Source: Bdellovibrionota bacterium (lineage in GTDB: Bacteria > Bdellovibrionota_C > UBA2361 > JBGSMV01). From it: DNA of 64,000 nucleotides. Below the pieces are notes generated by a model. It had not been told where the DNA came from, ran no database searches, and saw only the letters and a program-made list of their open reading frames with translations. Of this stretch, positions 17,082 to 27,371 are shown piece by piece. The stretch spans positions 64,001 to 128,000 of the forward strand of contig JBGSMV010000047.1 of the NCBI GenBank assembly GCA_041739995.1, in the 5' to 3' direction. Each line of letters opens with the position of its first letter. Within the stretch, counting starts at the first letter, position 1. The position numbers and the translations under genes are program-made.

Positions 17082-19115
17082 TTAAGCTGAAGGCGCACGC
17101 GGAAGCCGAGCGCACACTGCCTGATAGACTCGCTCCACGCTCTCTTCCAAAGTAAGAAGTCCCGTATCAATCGAGAGATCTGGGTTCTTCGGCGCTTCAT
17201 AGGGTGAACTAATTCCCGTGAACTCTTCAATCTCCCCCTTACGCGCACGTGCGTACAATCCGTGCGGATCCCTTGCCTCGCACACCTCAATCGAAGTGCT
17301 CACGTACACCTCGATGAATTGATCGCTGCCCACTATCTGCTTTGCCCTCTCACGATCTCGCGCGAAGGGTGAGATGAATGAGCACAGGGTAGTAATCCCT
17401 GCATCATTAAACAGCTGAGCAACCTCCGAGACCCTTCTCACGTTCTCAATGCGATCATCCTCGGAAAATCCAAGATCTCGATTCAATCCAAAACGGAGAT
17501 TGTCACCGTCAAGTCGGTAGCAGGCTCTGCCTTCTGCTAAGAACTTCCGCTCAAGCGCTTTCGCCAAGGCAGATTTGCCAGCGCCCGAAAGACCGGTGAA
17601 CCAGACCGTCCCGGCTTTAAATCCGAGAGCACTTTCGCGAGCATTGCGATCCACTGCTCCATCCTCACGGTGGATGTGAACTGAGGTAGGAATAGTTTTC
17701 TCCGGAGTACCACGAGGCGCAATCTCAGGAAGAAACTCATGGTCATTACGATCGACCACCATACCACCAGCCAAAGTGGCATTAGTGTCAGGATCGATAA
17801 TAATAAAACTTCCGGTACTTCTATTTCCTCTATAGGTATCAAGGAAAAGTGGCTGAGGAGAGGTAATGTTCACCCGACCAACGTCATTAAGGGCGAGCAC
17901 ATCACTCGGGTCTCGGTTGAGCGTGTGCATATCAATTCGGTACTGCACTGCATCAATGTAAGCCGGGGTGCGCTGGGTGGTGTGCATCACCAAATATCGC
18001 TTACCGCGCTGCAGAGGCCGATCGCTCATCCACACCAGCATAGCTTCGAAACTGTGCTTTACCTGCGGCAACGCTCCACTGCGAACTAGCATCGCACCGC
18101 GACCCACATCGACCTGCCCTTCCAGTGAAATAGCGGCGGACATAGGAGCAAAAGCCGTCGGTACAGACACCACTCCTTTTCCAGACTCAAAGAGCTCAAT
18201 GTTAGAAACTTTGGTGGTACGCATCGACGGCAATACCGTTACTTCGTCGCCTACCGAGATAGATCCAGAAGAAATCTTTCCCGCATAGCCACGGAAGTCT
18301 GCTTTATCGCGCAACACCAGCTGCACTGCAAAGCGGAATTCTTTTGACGGATCGCTGCGGCGCACCGCAACCCGCTCTAAGCATTCGAGCAAAGTCGGCC
18401 CCTCATACCAATCCATGTGGTCACTACGTGCCACAATATTGTCACCAAGTAACGCGGCAACCGGAATGAAGTGAACCTCTCGAATGCCTAGTTTCGAAGC
18501 GAGGGTACTAAGGTCTGCTTTAATTTCATCGAAGATGCGCTGTGAGAAGTCGACTAAGTCCATCTTGTTGATGGCAACCACGAAAGACGAAACACCAAGC
18601 AGAGAAGCAATGAAGGCGTGGCGCCGGGTCTGAACCAAAACACCTTTGCGCGCATCTATCAAAATTACCGTCACATCGGCCGTCGAGGCACCGGTAGCCA
18701 TGTTTCTGGTGTACTGCTCATGACCTGGCGAATCAGCCATGATGAAATGACGATGCGGGGTAGAAAAGTAGCGATAAGCAACGTCAATGGTGATGCCCTG
18801 TTCGCGCTCTGCCTTTAATCCGTCAGTCAAAAGTGCGAATGAAAGCGCACCCTTTTTGCCTTCGCGCTCGCTGGCCTTTCGAACAGATTCGAGGTGATCC
18901 TCGTACAAGCTTTTGGTGTCATGCAATAGTCGGCCAATCAGGGTTGATTTCCCATCATCAACACTACCCGCAGTGGAGAATCTCAGCAGAGGTTTGCTTT
19001 CAGCAGGAAGCTCGAGCACTCGGACATGCCTATCTTCAGTCGATCCCATGCTCGAACCCTCATCGCCGCAGTCGGATCCCGCGGGCGAAATATTGCGCGC
19101 TTCAGAGGAACCCAT
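17082..19115 (-). CDS. cysNC: Bifunctional sulfate adenylyltransferase subunit 1 / APS kinase (CysN-CysC, NodQ-like)
   Basis: GSVDDGKST, EREQGITIDVAY and NKMD in the GTPase part. C-terminal WFTGLSGAGKS, LDGDNLR, FTGISSPYE. Confidence 0.97.
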   Translation of the reverse strand: MGSSEARNISPAGSDCGDEGSSMGSTEDRHVRVLELPAESKPLLRFSTAGSVDDGKSTLIGRLLHDTKSLYEDHLESVRKASEREGKKGALSFALLTDGLKAEREQGITIDVAYRYFSTPHRHFIMADSPGHEQYTRNMATGASTADVTVILIDARKGVLVQTRRHAFIASLLGVSSFVVAINKMDLVDFSQRIFDEIKADLSTLASKLGIREVHFIPVAALLGDNIVARSDHMDWYEGPTLLECLERVAVRRSDPSKEFRFAVQLVLRDKADFRGYAGKISSGSISVGDEVTVLPSMRTTKVSNIELFESGKGVVSVPTAFAPMSAAISLEGQVDVGRGAMLVRSGALPQVKHSFEAMLVWMSDRPLQRGKRYLVMHTTQRTPAYIDAVQYRIDMHTLNRDPSDVLALNDVGRVNITSPQPLFLDTYRGNRSTGSFIIIDPDTNATLAGGMVVDRNDHEFLPEIAPRGTPEKTIPTSVHIHREDGAVDRNARESALGFKAGTVWFTGLSGAGKSALAKALERKFLAEGRACYRLDGDNLRFGLNRDLGFSEDDRIENVRRVSEVAQLFNDAGITTLCSFISPFARDRERAKQIVGSDQFIEVYVSTSIEVCEARDPHGLYARARKGEIEEFTGISSPYEAPKNPDLSIDTGLLTLEESVERVYQAVCARLPRAPSA

Positions 19116-20026
19116 TAAAAGTACCCCTCTCGCTTCTTGATCTCCATAGATCCATCAGTGTCGTGATCAATTACGCGCCCGGCGCGCTCCGAAGTGCGCA
19201 CTGCCAGCATTTCTTCTACGATTTCTGGTACCGTCTGCGCCGAAGACTTGATGGCTCCAGTACAAGGGGTACACCCAAGCGATCGAAATCGACACATGAC
19301 TCGCTCCGCCTTTTCACCCGGAAGCAGCTTTGAAGAGGCTTGAAGCGGAATTACTTGATCGCCTCGCACCACCACTTCTCGCTCTTTGGCAAAATACAGC
19401 GGCACTATAGGAATATTCTCTCTTCCGATGTAGCGCCACACGTCTATCTCAGTCCAATCAGAAAGCGGAAACACTCGGATTGACTCTCCAGGAGAGACCC
19501 GCCCATTGAACAAGTCCCACAGTTCAGGGCGCTGGTTACGAGGTTCCCACTGCCCGAACTTATCTCTGAATGAGAAGACGCGCTCTTTAGCCCGCGAGCG
19601 CTCCTCATCCCGACGAGCGCCTCCGATCGCTGCGTCATATCCACCAGCTTTGAGCCCCTGGAGCAACGCCTCGGTCCGAAGCAGCCCGCAACATCTCTGG
19701 GTCCCTAGGTCGTAAGGATTGGCGTTACCTGCAACCGCAGCTTCGTTTCTATGAACAATCAGATTCGCCCCAATCTCTTTGACGAACCAATCGCGGAAAT
19801 CATAGAGCTCTTCAAATTCAAAGGTCGTATCGACATGCATCAGAGGAAACGGGATTTGACCTCGAAAAGCCTTCTGCGCAAGTCGCAGCAAAACGGAAGA
19901 GTCTTTGCCCACGGAGTAGAGCAGCACGGGGTGCTCGAACTGGGCGAACACCTCTCGGAAGATATAAATGCTATGGGCTTCAAGCTCGTCGAGATAGCTC
20001 AAGCTATATGAGTTCGGGGAAAGCAC
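19115..20026 (-). CDS. cysD: Sulfate adenylyltransferase subunit 2
   Basis: YSVGKDS, GGARRDEERSRAKER, RVFPLSDWTE, RFRSLGC, KKREGYF. TAATG coupling to cysNC. Confidence 0.97.
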   Translation of the reverse strand: MLSPNSYSLSYLDELEAHSIYIFREVFAQFEHPVLLYSVGKDSSVLLRLAQKAFRGQIPFPLMHVDTTFEFEELYDFRDWFVKEIGANLIVHRNEAAVAGNANPYDLGTQRCCGLLRTEALLQGLKAGGYDAAIGGARRDEERSRAKERVFSFRDKFGQWEPRNQRPELWDLFNGRVSPGESIRVFPLSDWTEIDVWRYIGRENIPIVPLYFAKEREVVVRGDQVIPLQASSKLLPGEKAERVMCRFRSLGCTPCTGAIKSSAQTVPEIVEEMLAVRTSERAGRVIDHDTDGSMEIKKREGYF

Positions 20027-20404
20027 GAGACACAGACTCCGTTCGCGGCAAAAGGGTTTAAAAGACCGCGTTTTAAACTACGTTCCGAAAGGGAAGTTAC
20101 GGTAGAAATAGCTGAAATTACGCCATTTCTCAATCTACTCTGAATATGAACAAATTTAAGTAACTTAGCCCCTCTGGGGGCCCTTAAGAATGCACTTTGG
20201 CCGCGGTTTTGGCGGATCTCCTCCAGCAGTGCCCGGAAGGTTAACCGGCATCAAATCTCACCAGAAAATCAAGCAGAAGGCGCGAAGGGACTGAGAACCT
20301 TATTAACGGTTGCTCGATGTTTTTAGTGGACAAGGCCGCATTCTGGTTAGGACTTTCTATCGAGAGTCCAAGAGGGTCGTTCCACTAAGAAATTAGGCAC
20401 CACC

Positions 20405-21178
20405 CTACCAGAAAAACTCAATGCCCTTAGGGAACGCGATAAACCCAGCAACTCGCATGTCCTCCTTGTTGTAACGAAGCGGCTGTTTGGTACCCAAATC
20501 CACCACACAACAACCGGCTTCTTCGGCAATGATCTGAGAAGCTGCTACGTCCCACTCCATCGTGGTACCAAATCTCGGGTACACATCGACCAAGCCTTCT
20601 GCCAGCTTGCACATCTTTATCGCTGAGCCGCTTTTCAAGACTTCAGTAATGCCGTTTCGCTCGCAGAAAGTTCCGGTCTGTTCTGAAGAATGGAATCGGC
20701 TATCGGCGCAGATCCGATTCGTACGATCAGTTTTATAGAAAACCTTGCTCCTTCCTTCTTGGTCAATTCGAAACGCGCCTGCATTGCGCTGCGCAAAGTA
20801 CTTGATGCCAAGCGCCGGGGCAGCTACCACTCCACTGACCACCTCATGATTATCGATCAGAGCAACATTGACAGTGAATTCGTCGTCTCTTTGGAGAAAG
20901 TCCTTGGTTCCATCGAGCGGATCCACGAGCCAGAATTTCGTGAAAGTCTTTCGCTCGCTAAATGGAATAGTGGCTTCCTCAGAAACCACCGGGAGCCCAG
21001 AAATCCGCTGCAATCCTTCGACCAGAATCTCACTTGCGGCAATGTCTGCTCGGGTCACCGGGGAGGCATCGCCTTTAAGCGCCACATCAAAGTCGCCGCT
21101 ACGATACACTTCAAGAATTTCTGCAGAAGCCCTATCAACGAGGGCCAGAACCTCTTCAATCATTTCCATTGCATCCAA
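20405..21178 (-). CDS. cysQ: 3'(2'),5'-bisphosphate nucleotidase CysQ
   Basis: SPVTRAD, VVSEE, WLVDPLDGTKDF, TMEWDVAA. Confidence 0.95.
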   Translation of the reverse strand: MDAMEMIEEVLALVDRASAEILEVYRSGDFDVALKGDASPVTRADIAASEILVEGLQRISGLPVVSEEATIPFSERKTFTKFWLVDPLDGTKDFLQRDDEFTVNVALIDNHEVVSGVVAAPALGIKYFAQRNAGAFRIDQEGRSKVFYKTDRTNRICADSRFHSSEQTGTFCERNGITEVLKSGSAIKMCKLAEGLVDVYPRFGTTMEWDVAASQIIAEEAGCCVVDLGTKQPLRYNKEDMRVAGFIAFPKGIEFFW

Positions 21179-21187
21179 AAAAAATGT

Positions 21188-23086
21188 CTATTGAACTAGA
21201 AACTCGCGAGGACTCCACCACACAATGTTAGGCGTGTGCTCGACTGGAATCTCCATAGCAGAGTCCTCCACGATACGCGAGGATCCTCCGGTCACCGAAT
21301 TACTTGCCTTGAATTCAAGGAGTTTTTCTACCCGAACGCCTTTAGGCAGATCGAGTTCATAAATATAGGTGGCTGGCACAATCAATACAGGAGATTTTCG
21401 CTTGGCTCTACGTTTCGAGGTGAGGGTATCTCCAAGGTCAAACGAGACTACGCCACCCGAACCCACAACGCCGCGCACCTGGCGACGAGAAGCTTCGAAT
21501 TTCGCCGGGGCCAGCGGCCTATTAAGATCCTCTATGCCTCTGCGACTAAGCCGTATTTCTTGCCCCGGTCTCGAACCTAATAGCTTAAGTTGCATGCTCT
21601 GAACCTTCACGCCACTTCGCGACCCCACCTGCACGGCCACCATTTCTTTCTGCGGGCTTGATGGAAACAACCGATAACTCGCTTCGGATTGCATCAGCTC
21701 GTTACGAAGAAAATTATGTCGCTCCGCAATTATTCGTACGAGATCTTTAATAGCGGCATCCCACTCATCATTCGACAATAAATTAATTCCCTTATCGCCA
21801 GCTCCCCACTTAAGCGCACTGGCGTACATGTCGGGAGCAACGCGGTCCCGTTCTGAATTCACTAGCTCTGTAAGAGCTTGCTCCGATAACGGTCCGTGAA
21901 TCGCATTCCAGATAGCGCGATCCTTGTCTTCTCTAAACTCAGGGTTACTCAACACGACTCGGAAAAGATCATTCGGGGCCAAGTCGATAGATTTCGTGTT
22001 CTTCCAGTAATATGCGACCGAATTCCAAATAATTGGCTCCAAAAGCTTAGTACGAGGGTCAAGATACATCTTCCAATTATGCGTCTCGTCGATATGCACC
22101 GAACTGACGATCTCCAGAAGTGCCATATAAGAAGTCAGCGCTCGCATATTTGCCACAGAAGGAAGCTCATAGAAAAAATCGTAGGGATTGTGAACCCTCT
22201 GCACGATTCTTATCAGCGCAGCCATCTCATCTGGACCTTGGCTGTCTGGAAACGGCGACTGCACATCCCATGCCCCAGGTTCTGAGAACAAGCGCTCGCG
22301 AGGCACTCCGTCATAAATCTGCGCGGTAGTGATGTCTCCGTGGAACAATTTTCCTGGAGGGAGTCCTAATCGCGCCAAAAACTGCGGAGTAGCCGGCTCC
22401 AGAAGCAATCGCGCACCATTGAAAGATCCATTTAGACGAAAATGCACAAACTCAGAGTGGGGCGTAAGTATTGAGCCCATGCGACGCGACATCTCATTGC
22501 CGAGCCAGTTTTCAAATTGTGTGTCGGAACGAGGAGACATGATGTTGAAGTTCTTCAACCCCTGGAATGACCCTTCGTCCTTAAACTTAAAGTTCCAGGA
22601 CTTCCAAGGCATGCCCCAGTGGTTGATAGAAATCCCGGTATAGCGCGCTTGAACAGGGAAGCTGCCCTCTTCGAACGCAACCATCGCCTCCTTGGGAACT
22701 TTTCCACTCGCAGGAAGATCGGCGTTTAACTTCGAGAGTTCTGAAGCTGGTATTTGTAGCTCAATGGAAGGAAGCTCGGTTTTTGGATACGGATCGGCAC
22801 TGGCGGCGAACCGAAGCGAAATCATTTCGCTCCAGAGACTAAGTCCATACCAAACTCTCTCGGTGTAACTATACTTACGTTGCGCTCGCTCCCTCGGCAT
22901 ATCCGCGAGGTAATCGATGCCTTTGGCGGTCAAAAGAAGACAGAGACCCACTGCCGCTAAGACAAAAACCCAGCGCAGTCGCCGCACCCTGATTGGACCT
23001 CCACCTGAGCGCATTAAGGTCTCAGGTTCACTAGACGAATCTTCCAAATTTGGAGGTGAGTACTTATGCGCAAGGTTATCATTCAT
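21188..23086 (-). CDS. Membrane-anchored CotH-kinase-like protein
   Basis: N-terminal TM segment. HW..KSW, FVHFRLNG..NG..LLE, DETHNWKMY.D, EPIIW. Confidence 0.75.
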   Translation of the reverse strand: MNDNLAHKYSPPNLEDSSSEPETLMRSGGGPIRVRRLRWVFVLAAVGLCLLLTAKGIDYLADMPRERAQRKYSYTERVWYGLSLWSEMISLRFAASADPYPKTELPSIELQIPASELSKLNADLPASGKVPKEAMVAFEEGSFPVQARYTGISINHWGMPWKSWNFKFKDEGSFQGLKNFNIMSPRSDTQFENWLGNEMSRRMGSILTPHSEFVHFRLNGSFNGARLLLEPATPQFLARLGLPPGKLFHGDITTAQIYDGVPRERLFSEPGAWDVQSPFPDSQGPDEMAALIRIVQRVHNPYDFFYELPSVANMRALTSYMALLEIVSSVHIDETHNWKMYLDPRTKLLEPIIWNSVAYYWKNTKSIDLAPNDLFRVVLSNPEFREDKDRAIWNAIHGPLSEQALTELVNSERDRVAPDMYASALKWGAGDKGINLLSNDEWDAAIKDLVRIIAERHNFLRNELMQSEASYRLFPSSPQKEMVAVQVGSRSGVKVQSMQLKLLGSRPGQEIRLSRRGIEDLNRPLAPAKFEASRRQVRGVVGSGGVVSFDLGDTLTSKRRAKRKSPVLIVPATYIYELDLPKGVRVEKLLEFKASNSVTGGSSRIVEDSAMEIPVEHTPNIVWWSPREFLVQ

Positions 23087-23185
23087 GCCGAATCACTCCC
23101 TTAAATCAAAAGTGAAAATGAATAGAGCGCGGGTCAACACATCACTCTATGTCGATAGAAAAATCCAGCCTAGCGAAGCACCCGG

Positions 23186-24247
23186 TCAAGCGCTCATTGC
23201 ACCATGAGGCGCATGAGCACCAGCGGCAAAACTCGCCTTAATCTGCGTAACCAGCTCTTCTTGTCCTTTACGCTTCGCGAGCTCTTCTGGTGGCAACTTG
23301 GCGCGGAACTCTTCTTTCAATCTCTTATTTTCAGCGTCGAATTCCGCGATCTCTGCGTCAGTGAATGCTGATGTAATTGGCTTTTTGGCAAATAGTTCGT
23401 ATCCAAGGTCTTTTAAGGTCTGGCCTGCCACATTCTCAAACATTGCGAGCTGCTCCTCGGTCATTTCGGTCAAGAATTTATTACTATTCTTCGACATCAC
23501 CGGCTTGACCACATTTGCCCACATCGAGCCGGCCTGAGCGATGGACTGTGCTTCCTCGGATTGATGAAACTTCAACACCTCAGGACTAAACTCAGTGCCA
23601 ATGCGCTCGCAGATACCTTTCATCACGCCTTCTGCATCTGCAACAAGCTCTTCGTAGCGAACAGAAATAGTTCTATCAGCAGCGAATTTTCGCGTGTAAT
23701 CAAGCGCTTCGCGTTGATCCTTCGTCCATTGTTTCGCGAGATGATAAAAGTGTTTCTCGCCAACAATCGCCTTTCTAAAAGACAGCGCCACGTCGCGCCC
23801 GTCTCTAAAGAGATGAATGTACGTCGGTCGAAGGCCCGCCGCTTCGATCTGCGGGATATAAGAAACATTCGCCATGCTCTTGCAGCACCAGATTGGCTTC
23901 TGGTGCACTTCGGCCGCTCGCTCCTGAATAACGCGGTAAATCTCGATAAGAGACGGCGCGCTGCAGCGATTCATCACCTCTTCTCGATCGAGCGGAATGT
24001 TGTCCCAACTGGCGGGGTTAAGTTCTACGAATCGACATACATCCTCTACCAGCTTCGTGAAGCCACTGGCGCGCTCAGCGACCGATGATCCTAAAGCCCC
24101 ATACTGCGGAAGCATCGGCATGAACGTTTGAAGGATATGAGGCGGGTGCAAGGAAACAACTCCGGGGAGTTGATTCAACATCAGACGAAAGAGATTAGAA
24201 CCGGATCGCTGCGTACCAATGACTAAGAGACCTCGTTTGTCGGACAT
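23186..24247 (-). CDS. PAPS-dependent sulfotransferase
   Basis: 5'-PSB motif GTQRSGSNL, 3'-PB motif RDGRDVALS, VRYEELV. Confidence 0.92.
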   Translation of the reverse strand: MSDKRGLLVIGTQRSGSNLFRLMLNQLPGVVSLHPPHILQTFMPMLPQYGALGSSVAERASGFTKLVEDVCRFVELNPASWDNIPLDREEVMNRCSAPSLIEIYRVIQERAAEVHQKPIWCCKSMANVSYIPQIEAAGLRPTYIHLFRDGRDVALSFRKAIVGEKHFYHLAKQWTKDQREALDYTRKFAADRTISVRYEELVADAEGVMKGICERIGTEFSPEVLKFHQSEEAQSIAQAGSMWANVVKPVMSKNSNKFLTEMTEEQLAMFENVAGQTLKDLGYELFAKKPITSAFTDAEIAEFDAENKRLKEEFRAKLPPEELAKRKGQEELVTQIKASFAAGAHAPHGAMSA

Positions 24248-24468
24248 GAAAAGCCTACTACAAAAAAATTGACCGAAGCGCTGGAAATCTATGGGACTTC
24301 ATTCTGGCGAATATCGAGCCCTGCCCAAAACGGCGAGGCCCAAACAGCTATCTCGCTGACGAGTTTCGCATGAGCAGGAAAAGCTGGTCAAAAATCACTT
24401 CGCCCACACCACAATCCGCGTAACTAGCTAAATCTATTATGCTTACTAACCTTACAGGCAGCGCTCAA

Positions 24469-25668
24469 CTATGCTCCTAGCAGTCCAAATCCTATAAAAC
24501 CCAACAGTCCTGCGCCTGGAATGACATATGCGGTGTCGAGTTTAAAACGCACGGTAGCCACTAAAGCCAGGGTAAATATAACTACCCCCACTACTCCGTG
24601 GTCAGCCGTCTGGGCTAAAGCCACTGCTGCGCTGAAAATGAGGCCTACAATACAAGGTCTAATTCCTTTGTAGGCAGCTTTTACAATCGGAGACTCTTTT
24701 ACGCGCTGATGTAATCCGGCACACACCATCATCAAGACGGCACTCGGCAAGAAAATAGCCACTGTGGCAATCGCTGCTCCAAGGAAAGACGCCACTCGGT
24801 AACCAATAAAGGTGGCACTTATCATAATAGGGCCAGGGGTCACCTGACCCAGGGCTATGGCGTCTGCAAACTCGCGCGCAGACATCCACTGCTGCTGTTG
24901 CACGACCACTTCTTGCATCATCGGAATGAAGACGTACCCGCCACCAAACATCACCAAACTCATGCCGCTAAAACGCGTCCAAAGCTCAACAAAAATGTGC
25001 TGAGACTGCATCGCTCCTAGCCCCAAACTCAGCGCAATAATCGCTGCGCCAAGCATGAGCGGGCCTCTAACTTTCATCACTGCGTCTACCGAAATCTGGC
25101 CTTCAACAGGCGTCGGCTTATGCTTGATGAAGGCAAAGTACCCCAGGATTCCAGACGCTACGATCAGCCCAATCGCAGTCAGAAATCCGCCGATCCAAAT
25201 AAAGACAAGCAATGTTACTCCCGCGATCGCCCAATGTAGCGGGTGGCTAATGTTCTGACGAGCCATCTTCCAAGCTACCGCAACGATGATCGCAACTACC
25301 GCAGGGAGAAAGCCTCTAAAAATATTTGAGATAGCTTCAATCTCACCAAAGCGCGCATAGGCTTCGGCGAGCGCTACTAACAGCAAAAACGAGGGCAGAA
25401 TCACGGCAAGTATCGAAACTAGTGCGCCGGCCAATCCTCTTAGCTTGAAACCAATATAGGACACGACATTGACGGCGACTGGGCCTGGAAGCGTGGTTGC
25501 AAGGGCCACTCCGTCAAGCAGCTCCTCATGCTTTATCAATTTCTGTCGCTCGACGAGCTCTCGTTCTACCATGGCAACCATCGCAAGATAGCCACCGAAT
25601 GCGACCGAACCGAGTTTCAAAAATACTTTGAAAAGCGTCCACAATGAGGGGGGGGAGTCTTGTGCCAT
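24469..25668 (-). CDS. chrA: Long-chain chromate-ion transporter (CHR family)
   Basis: Two halves, FLKLGSVAFGG..LPGP and FGGGY..QVTPGP..ATFIGY. ATG at 25668 preferred. Confidence 0.93.
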   Translation of the reverse strand: MAQDSPPSLWTLFKVFLKLGSVAFGGYLAMVAMVERELVERQKLIKHEELLDGVALATTLPGPVAVNVVSYIGFKLRGLAGALVSILAVILPSFLLLVALAEAYARFGEIEAISNIFRGFLPAVVAIIVAVAWKMARQNISHPLHWAIAGVTLLVFIWIGGFLTAIGLIVASGILGYFAFIKHKPTPVEGQISVDAVMKVRGPLMLGAAIIALSLGLGAMQSQHIFVELWTRFSGMSLVMFGGGYVFIPMMQEVVVQQQQWMSAREFADAIALGQVTPGPIMISATFIGYRVASFLGAAIATVAIFLPSAVLMMVCAGLHQRVKESPIVKAAYKGIRPCIVGLIFSAAVALAQTADHGVVGVVIFTLALVATVRFKLDTAYVIPGAGLLGFIGFGLLGA

Positions 25669-25868
25669 AAGGAAGTACCTAAAAGTCTGCAATACGAATA
25701 GCCTAAGGCACTTTATGTCATTGGCCCCCATGGTCAACGAATCTGATTCTTTATTCTGCATGGCAGTGGCGGGTCCGCTCACTGTTAAGTATACAGTTCC
25801 AGGACTGGTCCTCACGAACCCGACGAATCCTGGTACAGTTTAAGTCCAAACACTTTTTCACCTTACTC

Positions 25869-27353
25869 ATGATTTCAGCCAAAAACTCATCCGACTCTTC
25901 CCCAGCACCGATCCGACTCAAACGACGCGAGAAGGTCGCCTATGGGATAGGCGATGTGGCAAATGGCATAGCGGTCTCGAGCGTTGCCTTCTGGTTCTTA
26001 ATCTACCTTACCGACGTCGCTGGTTTGCCAGGAACCCTGGCAGGCTCAGCACTTATGATCGGTCGTGCGTGGGATGCTCTGGTAGATCCATTTGTAGGCT
26101 GGCTGAGCGATCGCACCAATACTCGCTGGGGAAAACGTCGCCCCTTTCTTCTATTCGGCGCCCTAACCTATGGCCTCGCGTTCGCTTCCATCTGGATGGT
26201 GCCTAGTTTTGAAAGCGAGACCAGCCGCTTCCTCTACGTTCTCGTGTCGTTTGTCATATTCAATTCCTCGCTCGCTTTGGTATTCATTCCCTACACCTCT
26301 CTCACCGCCTCCATGACCGACGACTACAACGAGCGAGTTTCTTTGACCGGGTACCGCATGACCTGTAGTCAAATTGCTTTCTTGATCGGTGGTTCTATCC
26401 CTCCCCTGCTTGTGGCCGCATTCGCCACAAGTTCTGGCGCAGGGGCTATGTATTTTGAAGCGCTGGGGCTCCAAAACCTATTTGGCACATGGGCCGCAAC
26501 GCCTCGCCAGGGCTACCTCCTTCTCGGTGTTACCTTTGGAATGGTGATAATTGCTTCAACACTTGCCGCGTTCTTTGGAACGCGAGAGCGCATTGCTCCG
26601 GAAGGATCACACGATGGTCATGAGGCCAACCCTTTTAAATATTTGACGGGTTTAGTTTCGGTCTGCAAGGACAACCTGGCGTTTCGTTGCTCGGTGATGA
26701 TCAAGTTGCTCTCCACCTGCGCCACCACCTTGATTGGAGTAAATATTCCCTACTATCTGACTTACGTATTGCGCATGCCTGAGCAGAAAACAGTAGTACT
26801 GGGCGTACTATTTATCTCGGCGATTCTGACCACGCCGCTGTGGGTCCTTGCTGCACGTCGATTTGGTAAAGCAGAAACCTTTCGTTTTGCCATGGGTGGA
26901 TACGTCTTGGTGCTGCTCTGCATTCTTCCTCTGCCAAGCGAGCCAACCAATCTGATCTACCCTATCGCTATTCTGGCCGGTATTTTTCACTCCGCTGCGC
27001 TCTTGCTGCCCTGGAGCATTCTTCCTGATGTCGTTGAGTTCGATGAGTTGCAGCATGGCACCCGCCGAGAGGGTTTGCTTTTCGGAGGCTCCGCTTTCGC
27101 CTACAAATTTGCCTCGGCTTTGGCGCTTTTCATAGTTGGCGTGCTGCTTGACCTGTTTGGCTACATTCCCAATCAGGCGCAGACACCAACAGCTGTTTTA
27201 GGTATAAAGCTAACAATTGCACTGGCCCCTGGCCTGTTGTTCCTGGCGAGTATTTGGAGTTCAATGTCGTATCCGCTTAGTCCAGAACGGTATCGAGAGG
27301 TGCTTGAAGAGCTGCGAGAGCGTCGCACCCAACGGAAGGACGCTGCGATTTAA
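25869..27353 (+). CDS. MFS glycoside-pentoside-hexuronide (MelB-like) symporter
   Basis: KVAYGIGD, WDALVDP..GWLSDRT..RWGKRRP, ER..LTGYR, DVVEFDE..RREG. Confidence 0.93.
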   Translation: MISAKNSSDSSPAPIRLKRREKVAYGIGDVANGIAVSSVAFWFLIYLTDVAGLPGTLAGSALMIGRAWDALVDPFVGWLSDRTNTRWGKRRPFLLFGALTYGLAFASIWMVPSFESETSRFLYVLVSFVIFNSSLALVFIPYTSLTASMTDDYNERVSLTGYRMTCSQIAFLIGGSIPPLLVAAFATSSGAGAMYFEALGLQNLFGTWAATPRQGYLLLGVTFGMVIIASTLAAFFGTRERIAPEGSHDGHEANPFKYLTGLVSVCKDNLAFRCSVMIKLLSTCATTLIGVNIPYYLTYVLRMPEQKTVVLGVLFISAILTTPLWVLAARRFGKAETFRFAMGGYVLVLLCILPLPSEPTNLIYPIAILAGIFHSAALLLPWSILPDVVEFDELQHGTRREGLLFGGSAFAYKFASALALFIVGVLLDLFGYIPNQAQTPTAVLGIKLTIALAPGLLFLASIWSSMSYPLSPERYREVLEELRERRTQRKDAAI

Positions 27354-27371
27354 TTTCTAAGAGGTAAATAT

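Noticed and set aside
25648..25655. G8 tract near the chrA start as a phase-variation switch
   Set aside because: The tract is short, the frame is intact, and similar G7-G8 runs occur elsewhere (about 43799 and 60184).
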